From contig CAWEXO010000009.1 in assembly GCA_963813025.1 (NCBI GenBank), forward strand, positions 32,001 to 96,000: a DNA stretch of 64,000 nucleotides. The letters run 5' to 3'. A program made the position numbers and the translations under genes. Shown piece after piece: positions 51,596-61,862 of this stretch (positions within the stretch are counted from its first letter, which is position 1; every line of letters begins with the position of its first letter). This stretch comes from an uncultured Verrucomicrobiae bacterium. Its GTDB lineage: Bacteria; Verrucomicrobiota; Verrucomicrobiia; Chthoniobacterales; JAFAMB01. Below the pieces are notes generated by a model. That model was not told where the DNA came from. It saw nothing but the letters and a program-made list of their open reading frames with translations, and searched no databases.

Positions 51596-53181
51596 TCAAT
51601 CAAAGGAACCCGCATCGAATCGATAAAGATTCTCGAGGCCAGTGACTTTGTACTCTTCAACCACGGTTCCGTCTGAGACATAAACACGCAGTTCTTTTTC
51701 GCCGCGCAAATCCCAGCGCACTTGTTTTACATTCTTGGTTTCGCAGATCTGGAATAGCGGCAATCCATCGGAATTATAAATCCAGACGCCCGACGCATCG
51801 GCTGCCGCAGTTAGCTGGAAAGGGGGTTGGCGGGTGTTTTCCATCGGATTATTTGCCGGCTTGATGAATACCGCGGGCGAATCCGTGCGCGTTTCTGCTG
51901 GTACCACCGATCCATTTCGCAGATCGAAGTAACTGAAATTAGTCAAAGATCGGTCTAGCCATTTTTCCCAAAGTGATTGGCGGGAGTCGGCATTTTGCCA
52001 ACGAAGTCCGACCAATCGCGTGCCGGCGCCGAGATTGATCGTCAGCAGCAGTGAATCGGTATTTCGAGATCCCGCAATCGACCGGGCATCCCGCAGATCG
52101 GCCGGTAATGGTATTTCCCGGATTTGCCCTCCGGTGAGATCCACCTGTTCGAGGAAAGTGTTGCTGTTGTCGTGGCTCAGCAGCCAAACCGTATCTCCAC
52201 GTCCAGCTGCCAGATCGAGCAACAACCTGGCGCTCGCGCGATCGATCTGAAGAAATCCGCCGTTCTGCATTTTCCACAATTCGCCCGCTTGGTTCGCCGC
52301 GACCAATGAGGTCTCAAGCACCGCACACTTGGTGGATTCGCCACCCGGCATTGACAAGTCCCGGAACCCGGTCGCTGCAGTAGTGCTCGCTGGCTCAACT
52401 TTGATCGCGGCCGGCGATGTGCCGGCATCGGCGGGTGGGCTCGGAGAAGGGGTTGGACTGCTGAGCAGCTCCGACTGGTCCGCTGGCAGATCTTCTTTCA
52501 GCAGCAGAAAGCTGTTTTGCGCCACCAACAGCCGATTCGCGTATTGATCGGCGTCGCGGATGCCGGACAGGGGTTGAGTCCATTGAAGAGTCCCCGTTCC
52601 GCGCTCAAGAAAGCAAGGCGGTCTTTTCCGAAGAGCAGGATGCCTGCTCCCGCCCCTTTGATCTGGTCGCCTGGCTCTGTCACTGGATAGACGGTGGGCG
52701 ACGTTCCCTTCGAAGGAAGCACAATTATCTCGCGCGCCCCGGCCTGAGCGAGCACCGCTATTCGATCTTCCGACAGCAAGGTGGCGGAGAGGATTTTGCG
52801 CGGCCTTGTTTCGCGCGGCAGATCGACCCAATCGTTCAGATGAAACGCTACGCCGTCGACCTGAACGTCGCCGATCAGGACTCCGTGCGCTGAATAACGG
52901 CCCGGGGGAGTCGGGTGTCCCCTAGCGTCGTTGCCGTCCCACTGGATCACCAGTCCATTCAAGCCGGCCTTGAAGCTGTCGATAGCTCCTGCCCGGCGTA
53001 AAACTCGCACCAGCTTTCCGCGTTCGTCGAAGACACCCAGACCGATAACTCCCTCGATCGGAGGCGGAGCAAACATCAGCTGTCGTCCGGTGGTCGTTTC
53101 CTGTGCCGGCTGACCGATCAAGTTGGAGCAAACCGGCATTAGCACGAACAGTGCGACCATGTGCCGGAAAAACCTAGGCAT
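51596..53181 (-). CDS. Secreted hypothetical protein, apparently one gene split by a frameshift near 52600
   Basis: ORF 52498-53181 has a signal peptide and FlgD-like GVFDERGKLVRVL..WDGND..PPGRY; coding-like sequence continues in the 51596 frame. Confidence 0.6.
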
Positions 53182-54757
53182 AGTACTTCCAGTTCAGATC
53201 AGGAAAAAGATTATCCCGGCTCTCGCAGTTCTCCAGGAATGGCCGATCCATTACTCCACCCTTGAGTTGGTCATAAAGCCGCGTGAAACGCAGAATGTGA
53301 TCGCGAGTTCTTTTGATGGCGTAAGGCTTTGCGGTGCCGGTCTTCATCAGAAAAGCCCAATCGCTCGATTGCGCCAATAAAAGCTCGCGCGCCATTTGTC
53401 GCAGCATGCGTTCCTTCCACTTCGCGGTTCGTCCTTTGGACCGTCGCGCGCTCTCGGTCATACGCTTGGCGGCCGTGTGCAAGTGTGGGTAGATCCAGGC
53501 GTTTGCTTCATCCAGCCAAACCTCCCAGAATCCTTTATGGCCCCAGCTGGAGGGGCTTGGCTGAATGATTTGCAAAGTCTCGTGTCGCGCCAGGTAGTCG
53601 TTTGGGGTGATAAGTTCAAACGTCTTCTGGTCGTAAACTGCTTTCCGAATGAAGAGATTCAGAAAGGTGGTGCCTTCATACCACCAATGCCCGAAAAGTT
53701 CGGCGTCAAAGGGACTGAGAATAATCGGTTCAAAGTTGGTCAGGCCCAAAAGGTGATCAATTTGCCGGACGCGGCTCGACATGAAATCCCACGCATGGTG
53801 ATCAACTGCTCCCTGGGCCCAGCCGGGAACATAAAGAGCCTTTTGCGCGGTCCGGCCGGTGATCCGGTGATATTTGATGCCGGTAAATTTCCGCATGCCG
53901 TCGGGCGGCAGAAATGGGCGGAGATAGTCGAGATCTAAATCATATCCGATATCTCGATAGAAGTCGCGGTAGGCGGGGTCTCCGGGATAGCCTTCCTGAG
54001 CGCTCCAGACCTGCTTGCTCGATTCGCGATCCCGGGCAAAAACGGCCGGACCGGCGATAGTAAAACAGGGGGAGTAGATGGCGTAGCGCGGACGCGGAGT
54101 GCCGAACATCAACCCGTGAGCGTCGAGCACGAACCAGCGCAACTCAGCTTCTCGCAGGAAGTTCTCCAACCCCTCAAAGTAGGCGCACTCCGGCAGCCAA
54201 ATACCGCGCGGAGCCCTCTGGAAGTTCGCTTTATAGTCATCGCGGGCGATCAAGATCTGGGCGCGCACCGCTTCGGGCTGCTGCTGCATTAGTGGCAAGA
54301 ACCCATGGGTGGCCGCGCAGGTAATGATCTCGATAAACCCGGCATCCTGAAACTTCCGAAAAGCGCCGACAAGATCGCTCCTCAGTCGCTCAACATAGAT
54401 CTCGCGGCACTCGGAAAAGCGCGAGTGATACATCCGGGCAAGGTGATTCAGTTCCTGCCAGTTTTGGGTGCGGTCGATTTCTCGTCGGGACAGTTCGATC
54501 GCCCGATCGATATAGCGCAGGTAACGCTCGCGGAGCAGTTCGTCATTGAGCATCGCGCAGAGGGTCGGCGTGATGGACATCGTGAGGCGGAATGGCACGT
54601 TGTCCCGCGCCAAGCCCTCGAGCATTTGCCAGACAGGCACATAAGTCTCGGTGATGGCTTCGAAAAGCCAATCCTCTTCGAGAAACTCCGGATACTCCGG
54701 ATGCCGCACGAAGGGGAGATGAGCGTGGAGGAGGAGCGCCAGGTAGCCTTTACGCAT
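53174..54757 (-). CDS. GH57 1,4-alpha-glucan branching enzyme
   Basis: LHAHLPFVRHP, ETYVP, WLPECAY, FDAELFGHWW and AQSSDW. Confidence 0.93.
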   Translation of the reverse strand: MRKGYLALLLHAHLPFVRHPEYPEFLEEDWLFEAITETYVPVWQMLEGLARDNVPFRLTMSITPTLCAMLNDELLRERYLRYIDRAIELSRREIDRTQNWQELNHLARMYHSRFSECREIYVERLRSDLVGAFRKFQDAGFIEIITCAATHGFLPLMQQQPEAVRAQILIARDDYKANFQRAPRGIWLPECAYFEGLENFLREAELRWFVLDAHGLMFGTPRPRYAIYSPCFTIAGPAVFARDRESSKQVWSAQEGYPGDPAYRDFYRDIGYDLDLDYLRPFLPPDGMRKFTGIKYHRITGRTAQKALYVPGWAQGAVDHHAWDFMSSRVRQIDHLLGLTNFEPIILSPFDAELFGHWWYEGTTFLNLFIRKAVYDQKTFELITPNDYLARHETLQIIQPSPSSWGHKGFWEVWLDEANAWIYPHLHTAAKRMTESARRSKGRTAKWKERMLRQMARELLLAQSSDWAFLMKTGTAKPYAIKRTRDHILRFTRLYDQLKGGVMDRPFLENCESRDNLFPDLNWKYYA

Positions 54758-55083
54758 GTAGTGAAAAAACTAAAGCGTTTAGAAGGCCGAAAGGCTAGTT
54801 CAGAAGTTGCGGGAGTTGCAGGAATTCCAGGAGTTGCACGGAGGCGGCGCGCTTCATCGGACGAGCCCACCAGGAGCTCCGTCAACGTAGGACAAGTTGC
54901 CAGCTTTTCAGGTCACCAAAGTGGAGCGGATGGTCGTGTCGGACGTTGGTTCATGTCCCTTTGGGACCGGGAAAGTCAAAGTCCTACACCAGCCTTCCCG
55001 CCGGTCCGGAAAGCTGACAAGCTGGAAGCTTAGGTTACTCCTCCAGGGCAAAATGCTAATGACCTTAGCGCACCGCGCGCCTC

Positions 55084-56493
55084 CTACAGGTCGAAATACA
55101 TGTAAAATTCGTACGGATGCGGGCGTAGCCGAAGAGCGTCATACTCCTTTTTTTTCATGCCGATCCAGTTATCGATGAAATCCTTGTTGAAAACATCTCC
55201 CTTAGGAGGAATTCATGATCTTCTTCCATGGCCTCCATCGCTCCGACGAGCGAATCGGGCACGCTCGGCACCTTGGCCAGTTCTTCCGGTGCAAGTTCGT
55301 AAAGGTTTTTGTCGAGCGGATCGCCGGGATCAATCCGGTTTTGAATGCCGTCCAGGCCGGCAAGCAGGAGCGCGGCGAAACGCCAGGTACGGATTGGCAG
55401 CCGGATCCGGGGTACGGAACTCGACTCGTTTGGCTTTCGGGTTCGGCGAATAGGTCGGAATCCGAATGGCGGCGGACCGATTACGAGCGGAATAGGCGAG
55501 GTTAACCGGCGCTTCGAAACCAGGCACCAGACGCTTATAGCTATTCGTGGTCGGGTTGTAGATCGCGGTAAGGGCACGCGCATGTTTCAGTATCCCCCGA
55601 TATAGAACAGAGCCATTTCGCTTAGCCCGGCATATTTGTCGCCGGCAAACAGCGGTTTGCCGTCTTTCCAGAGCGATTGGTGCGTATGCATGCCCGAACC
55701 GTTGTCTCCAAAGAGCGGTTTTGGCATGAAGGTCACGACCTTGTTGTACTTCTTGGCCACATTCTTGGTGATGTACTTGTAGTACATCATGTGGTCGCCC
55801 ATCACTTTCAGCGGCGCGAACCTGATGTCGATCTCGGCCTGGCCGGCTGTGCCGACCTCGTGATGTTGCCGCTCGATCGGGCACTCCCGCCGACTCCATT
55901 TCAAGGCACATCTCGTTTCGGATATCCTGCAGCGTATCCGTTGGTGAAACCGGGAAATAGCCTTCTTTGTGACGAATCTTGTGGCCCAGGTTTGGAAACT
56001 CTTCGCGGGCTGTGTTCCAGATACCTTCCGCGCTGTCAACGCTGTGAAAGGAGCTGTTGGCGCTGTACTCGTACCGAACATCATCGAAAATAAAGAATTC
56101 CGCCTCTGGCCCAAAAAAGGCGGTATCAGCCAGACCGGTGCTTTGAGATAAGCCTCTGCTTTTTCGGCCACGCCACGCGGATCACGGTCATAAGGTTCAC
56201 GGGTGATGGGATCCTTGATCGTACAGATAAAGCTGAGGGTCGGTTCGGCATTGAAGATATCGATCCAAGCGGTTGAAGGATCAGGAATGACAAGCATGTC
56301 GCTGGCATTGATCACCTCTCCATCCGCGAATGCTCGATCCATCAAACCCAAGGCCGTCGTTGAAGATGTCCTCGCTGTATTCGTTCATGGTCGTCGTAAA
56401 GTGCTGCCAGGTTCCTAGCAGGTCGGCAAATTTGAAGTCGATGAGTTTAATACCCTTTTCTTCAATAAATCGGGATACTTCGGCTGGAGTCAT
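55084..56493 (-). CDS. glnA: Glutamine synthetase type I (about six single-base frameshifts as given)
   Basis: [46 protein letters not shown] and RPHPYEF are spread over several frames. Confidence 0.92.
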
Positions 56494-56550
56494 ATTCGTG
56501 TAACTTGAACGCTAGTTTAGGCTTTGAAGAAAGCAGGCAGCCGGCTCGTT

Positions 56551-56895
56551 TTAGATCGCCTGTTCCCCGCGTTCCTCTGTACGGATGCGGATAACTTCCA
56601 GAAGATCATGAACGAAAATCTGACCATCTCCCTTATTCCCAGTCTGTGCGCACTGCTTTATTGCAGCTACCGCGGAGCCTAGCAAATCGTTTCTTACTAT
56701 CAGTTCAACTTTCAACTTTGGAATGAAACGAGGGAGTGCAGGCGCGAATCGGCCGACATCGGTTCGAAGCGCCGGGGCTTGAACGACGAAGCCCTTTACC
56801 TCGATGACGGTCATGCCCTCGATCCCTAGCTCCGCCAACCCGGTCTTAACCTCTTCCAGCTTGAACGGTTTGATGATCGCCTCGATTTTTTTCAT
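56551..56895 (-). CDS. glnB: PII nitrogen regulatory protein with divergent T-loop
   Basis: MKKIEAIIKPFKLEEV, GMTVIEVKGF, TG..GDG.IFV and IRIRTEE; directly upstream of glnA. Confidence 0.85.
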   Translation of the reverse strand: MKKIEAIIKPFKLEEVKTGLAELGIEGMTVIEVKGFVVQAPALRTDVGRFAPALPRFIPKLKVELIVRNDLLGSAVAAIKQCAQTGNKGDGQIFVHDLLEVIRIRTEERGEQAI

Positions 56896-56921
56896 TTTGG
56901 CAACCAGAAAACCATCCCTTC

Positions 56922-56967
56922 AAAAAGGCGCGAGGAAGTGAGACTCCCTCCAAGTCCACTTCCTCGC
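56922..56967 (-). terminator. Terminator-like hairpin in the glnB leader
   Basis: Minus strand GCGAGGAAGTGGACT-loop-AGTC(T)CACTTCCTCGC GCC TTTTT, ending 26 nt before the glnB ATG. Confidence 0.6.
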
Positions 56968-57096
56968 AAGGTACTCGCGCATCTCGTTTTCCTGACCACT
57001 TTGATCCCTTTCATCCCTGTCAAAGTCGGCTCAAGCCCCTAAACTGATACGCGAATGTTTACATTCGGATTCCCGAATGAAGCCGCCTACTGAGTC

Positions 57097-57112
57097 AGCA
57101 CATGGTGTGCCA
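57097..57112 (-). promoter_or_regulatory. Sigma54 (-24/-12) promoter candidate for glnB-glnA
   Basis: TGGCACACCATGTGCT has GG-N10-GC spacing and lies upstream of nitrogen assimilation genes. Confidence 0.7.
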
Positions 57113-57117
57113 GCCTG

Positions 57118-57367
57118 CGTTCCGCGTTCCGCGTGTCGCGTTTCACGTTTCACGTTTCACGTTTCAACATCTCGCGTGTCACGTGCCGCTTTGACTTAAC
57201 GCGGAACTTGTCGCGCCGTAGTCCCCCCGCAAATGGGGGACGGAGGCGGACGGCCAGGTCCGGATCGAAGAGGTTACCAGCGAGCCGCGCCTTCTCCAGC
57301 GAAGAGCCGATAGCGGCCGCAACTCGAAACGCGAAACGTGAAACGTGAAACGCGAAACGTGAAACGG
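57118..57367. repeat. Inverted pair of heptamer tracts
   Basis: (TTTCACG)n at 57118-57167 faces (CGTGAAA/CGCGAAA)n at 57324-57367. Confidence 0.8.
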
Positions 57368-57571
57368 TGACCGATCTGTCTACAAAGCAACAATGCTGCC
57401 CGTGCAAAGCGGTCGGATTGGCGTTTTCTAGACAACCGCCTCGACGGAGAATCTGCATCGGCGAGTCATTCGAGAGCGGACGTCTGGGATCTTAGTTCCA
57501 CCCGGTTTTGTAAAGACTTTTTTGCCACTTGCCGTTGACCATAAAGGTGCCATGTATGCCAGACGATCGCT

Positions 57572-58021
57572 ATGACGCACGAAGAATTTGAGGACTTGAT
57601 CAAGGAAATACGCGAGGAGGATCCGGACCAGCTGAGTTCGGAATACCTCGTGCGCGATAACCCGTTGAAAGAAGAAGTGTTATCGCGCTTTGAGAACAAG
57701 GCTGGGTTTACCTTTCCGGAGGAGTATCGCTATTTTCTGAAGCGTTACGGCGCAGGTGAGATCGGTACCGTAACGATTTTGTCGCCGGACCCGGACAGCC
57801 AATTTGCGCTCTCCCTAAGCGACGACGATCCAAGCCGGAAAGGCGGCGTCGCTTTTGCACAGGACAGCGACGGAAATTCCTATGCATTTCTGGTCGAAAA
57901 CAACGTCTGTTCGAAAGACGTTTGGCTGGCCGAACGGAACGGACACGGCGATCTCACTTACACGGACTACGAGGATTTTTTCGAGTTTGTCGCGGAAGTC
58001 GGGTTCGGCGCGGATAGCTGA
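57572..58021 (+). CDS. SMI1/KNR4 family protein
   Basis: EVLSRFENKAGFTFPEEYRYFLKRYGAG, FAQDSDGNSY and DFFEF. Confidence 0.8.
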   Translation: MTHEEFEDLIKEIREEDPDQLSSEYLVRDNPLKEEVLSRFENKAGFTFPEEYRYFLKRYGAGEIGTVTILSPDPDSQFALSLSDDDPSRKGGVAFAQDSDGNSYAFLVENNVCSKDVWLAERNGHGDLTYTDYEDFFEFVAEVGFGADS

Positions 58022-58025
58022 GCGA

Positions 58026-58427
58026 CTAATTGGAGAGATCTCTTTTCGTCGATGAGTTGCGTTTACCATCCGGGATGAGGGGGGCTCCCGCGATGATCAA
58101 CCGTCTTGCTTCTTCTGCGGTCAGCGAAGGATTGATGGCGAATAATTTAGCGGCCAGGTTCGTTACCTGAGGCGCTGCTATCGAAGTGCCGGAAGCCCGT
58201 ATTTTCTTGCCCCGGGGGATGAAACTTTCGACGTGGTATCCGTTGGCATACACGACGACAGTTTTACCATAACTGGTGAAGGTCGTAGCATCACACGCTT
58301 GATTAGTTGCTCCGACTGTAATGAGATTGCGCGAGTCCAAGGAGGCGGGCACATCTTCCAGAAACCCAGCGTCGCTGTCGGCATTTCCGGCTGCCGTAAC
58401 AAATAACGCATTGGGCGAAGCCTGCAT
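58026..58427 (-). pseudogene. C-terminal remnant of an S8 (subtilase) peptidase
   Basis: FVTAAGN and SGTSIAAPQV are present; the Asp/His catalytic region is absent. Confidence 0.75.
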
Positions 58428-58496
58428 TGCTTCGAGGATCCGGTGGGCGGAAGGTCCCGCTTAATACACACATCAAAAGATTGTGTAATGACGGTA

Positions 58497-58709
58497 ATGC
58501 CTCAATCACTCGCGCTCGTTTTGGTCCACGTTATCTTCTCGACCACAGACTCCGTGGTCGGTTACATCGCCAACCAGGAGATGCAGCATCACAAGATGAC
58601 CTTCCAGAAGGAGTTCCGAGCGTTTCTGAACAAACACGGCGCTCGTTTTGGTGAGCGCCATATCTGGGATCAGCGTCCGGCCGATCTGCCGCCCGTTCAG
58701 GGCGGCTGA
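58497..58709 (+). pseudogene. Internally deleted IS200/IS605-type TnpA (Y1/RAYT-like)
   Basis: N-terminus MPQSLALVLVHVIFST is fused directly to the C-terminal YIANQE..HHKMTFQKEFRAFL..ERHIWD; the HUH core is missing. Confidence 0.8.
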
Positions 58710-58811
58710 CGAGGGAGACGATTCCCCCCGGGGTTAAAAACGCCGGGCTTAGTCCTGATGTCCCTTCGGGACAAGAAACAAAGTCCGACAGACCCAGGGT
58801 GCCGGCGCTAC
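58689..58811 (-). repeat. Dispersed palindromic element (family D)
   Basis: The reverse complement aligns with 10605-10730. Confidence 0.8.
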
Positions 58812-58859
58812 CTGCAAGTCCGACATGCCCGGGCTGTCCGCGCTACGCCGCTACGGCCC

Positions 58860-59876
58860 TCAAGGTGCCGGCTTGACGGCCGGTTCCATCGGCGGCGGAG
58901 AGCTGCTGGACTTCGCAGCGTGTTTTACCAGCGAGAAAAGGTCGCTGTCGGTCGAGAGGACCAGGGTAGAGTCTTCGTGAAAACCTGGTGATAGGTCTCG
59001 AGCGTCTTGAGAAAAGTATAGAATTCCGCCGCCTGCGGATTTGGTTATACGCGCGGGCGTAAATCTCCGTGGCTTTGGCGTCCGCCTCACCTCGGATTTG
59101 CTGCACTTGGCGGTAAGCATTCGACTGGATTTGGTTGAGATCGCGTTCGCGTTGGCCGGCAATGCGGGCCGATTCGCCCTCTCCCTCCGAGCGAAAACGC
59201 TGGGCGATCTGGAGCCGCTCGCTGATCATCCGTTGATAAATGCGGGCGAGGACATCAGGGTTGTAGTTTACGCGCTTGATCCGGAAATCGAGCACCTCGA
59301 TACCGAACTGAGCGAGTTTTTGCGTCGCGGCGGTTTTAATTTCGTCCTCGATCTTCTGACGACCGAACTGAATCGGTGGCAGGATGCCGATAGCGCCGGT
59401 TGCGACCACCGTGTAAACGTTTCGTCGCGCATCGGCTGGCGATCTTTGTCGGTGCGCACGATTTCGATAAGATCATGTTTGGCGATCGAGTTCCGCGTTT
59501 CGCTGCCGAGGATGTCGTCGAGGCGGGACAGAGGCGCTGCGTTCATCGTGCAAACGCACGAAATAGGTTTTCGGGTCGGCGATGCGCCAGCGCGCGAAAG
59601 CGTCCACGTGAATGTAGGTCTTGTCTCTGGTCGGGATGGCAACTGGCGCGCCGTCCCATTCCAGAAAACGCTTGTCGAGACTATTCACTTTTTGCACAAA
59701 GGGGATCTTGAAATGCAGTCCCGGCTCAGTGATGGGGCTCCCGACCGGTTGCCCAAATTGCGTGATGATCACCTGTTCGGTCTGGTCAATTGTATAGAAC
59801 GCGCCGGAGAAGACGAGGAACAGGAAAAAGCAACCGCGAGAAGTGCCGCGGTAAGAAGATAACTCTTTCTGGTCAT
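58860..59876 (-). CDS. hflC: Protease modulator HflC (frameshifted as given)
   Basis: IITQFGQP, EPGLHFKIPFVQ, VDAFARWRIADP and RMISERLQIAQRFRSEG across several frames. Confidence 0.88.
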
Positions 59877-60862
59877 GGCCGGTTTTCTCCGGGCTTGGTC
59901 GAGAGGGGGAGGACCGGCAGCAGTTGCCGAGAGACTCATCGATAACAATTTTTTGCCCAGTTTGGGGCAGGACTTCGCTCATGGTCTCTAGGTAAAGGCG
60001 GGTTCGGGTAATCTCTGGCGCTTTCGATATATTGTTGGAGCACCGCACTGAAAGCCGCGACATCACCCTCAGCTTCGTTGACCCGTTTGAAACGGTAGCC
60101 CTCCGCTGCCCGGATTGTCTGATCGGCTTCGCCTTTCGCTCTGCGGCACAACCTTGTTGTATTCGCCGTTGGCGATATTGATCGCGTTTTCGCGGTCCTG
60201 TTGAGCTTTGTTTACCTCGTTGAACGACGCTTGCACTTCGGTCGGCGGGTTCACGTTTTTCAATTGCACCTGATCGACCCGAATTCCGAGGCTGTAGCGC
60301 TTCGCCAATTCCTGCATCCGCGCGAGCGCTTCGGTTTCAATGTCCTGCCGTCCGATGGTAATCAGTTCGTCAACCGTGCGGTCGCCCACCACCTCCCTCA
60401 TCGCGGCTTCGGACAGGTCACGAAGAGTTTCCCCGGGGTTGCGCACATCGAACAAGATATTGCCTTGGGATCTTCGATGCGATATTGCACGACCCATTCG
60501 ACGAGTGCGGCATTCAGGTCACCGGTGACCATGGATTTTTCCTCGTCCGGTTCCGCGCCGGCCTGAATCGGATTTGTGGTGTAGCCGGGCGTTGAAAAGC
60601 CGAACTCGAGCTTTAACTGTCGCCGGGTCGGCAGCATGGTCACCGTGTCAATCCCAAAAGGCAGCTTGAAGTGCAGCCCCGGATCGACCGTCTGGAAATA
60701 CTTTCCAAAACGGCGCACCACGCCCTGAGACTCGGGTCCCACAGTGTAAGAAGCCGTGAGCAGCGCAATAGCCAGGAGGAGACCAAGGACAATGGTGCCA
60801 ATCCAGGCAAGCGATGGGAGCCTCAAATTCAACGGTATAGTGCGGGGATCGTAATTCGCCAC
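59873..60862 (-). CDS. hflK: Protease modulator HflK (frameshifted as given)
   Basis: GVVRRFGK, MVTGDLN, AMREVVGDRTVD, VNPPTEVQASFNEV and TRTRLYLETM across several frames. Confidence 0.88.
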
Positions 60863-60906
60863 AGAGGAAGGCTAGGCAGACATCCGCTTCGATTCGAGTT
60901 AAAATT

Positions 60907-60927
60907 CAGTGCCAGTGCCAGTGCCAG
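60907..60927 (-). repeat. Hexamer microsatellite (CAGTGC)3
   Basis: CAGTGCCAGTGCCAGTGCCAG. Confidence 0.7.
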
Positions 60928-61063
60928 GAGTGGGGAGTTCAAGCACCGTCGGTCATTTGGATTGGCCATCGGTCATTGGCAGTGTCATTGGTGAAAGTAG
61001 GTGATAGCTCCTCCATCGGAAATTGCCCTTCGCAAAAATCTGCGAGAGAGTTCACCGGGAGAG

Positions 61064-61736
61064 ATGACCGGCCAAATAGACATCGAATCGAAACTCCGGG
61101 GGAGCAGCACGGCCGGGCCGAGTTCTCTCCGTTAACATCAGCGCTATTCGGACAGTCACCTCACGGGGAAGACCGGTTACCACTGGGATTTACAAGGAAC
61201 CTGTCAATGGACGCGTGCGAGTCGCTGGAGTGAACATCGAGGGCGATGATCAGGCTGATCGCAAAAATCACGGCGGCCCGCACAAAGCGGTCTATGCGTA
61301 CGCCATTGAAGACTACGAATGGTTTTCGAAACAGCAGCATCGAGCCTTTAGGCCGGGCGATTTCGGCGAGAATCTCACGATTAAGGGAGTAGACATTACA
61401 AGGGCGGTGATCGGCGAACGGTGGGTAATTGGTTCGGTCGAATTCGAAATTTCCGAGCCCAGGATTCCTTGCTATAAGCTCGGCATAAAGGTTCAAGATC
61501 CTCGTTTTCCCGCGGCTTTCGCCAAAGCGGAGCGGCCGGGAGCTTACCTGCGGATCATCCGAGAGGGGGCACTTGGAAGTGCCGATTCTGTTCGAATTCT
61601 CTCCCGACCCGACCACGGTGTCACGATTCAGGACGTTGCCGACGCGTACCTCTTCAATCACGCTTTGCTCCGCCGCCTGCTCGATGTGCCGCAGCTGCGC
61701 TCTGTTTGGCATGACCGTGCCAGGGACGCGATGTAA
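61064..61736 (+). CDS. MOSC domain protein (YiiM-like)
   Basis: RVLSVN..TTGIYKEPV, GDDQAD..HGGPHKAVY, FGENLT and PRIPCYKL. Homology extends upstream of GTG 61215; using ATG 61064 needs one frameshift near 61115. Confidence 0.85.
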
Positions 61737-61862
61737 TACGGCGGCAGTCAGCAGAGTACGGACCAGGCCTTCCGCCTCCGTCCCCATTTCGGGGGACAAC
61801 GGTACGACAAGTTCCGCGCTGCCCGACTCGGCACCTCACGAACGCCACTAGCACTAGCACTC

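Noticed and set aside
51596..61215. Multiple frameshifts in glnA, hflK, hflC, the MOSC gene and the 51.6-53.2 kb gene as programmed recoding or true pseudogenisation
   Set aside because: In glnA, where I traced them, they are single-base indels mostly in short homopolymers within otherwise well-conserved sequence. Their clustering fits uncorrected long-read error. Read polishing would settle it.
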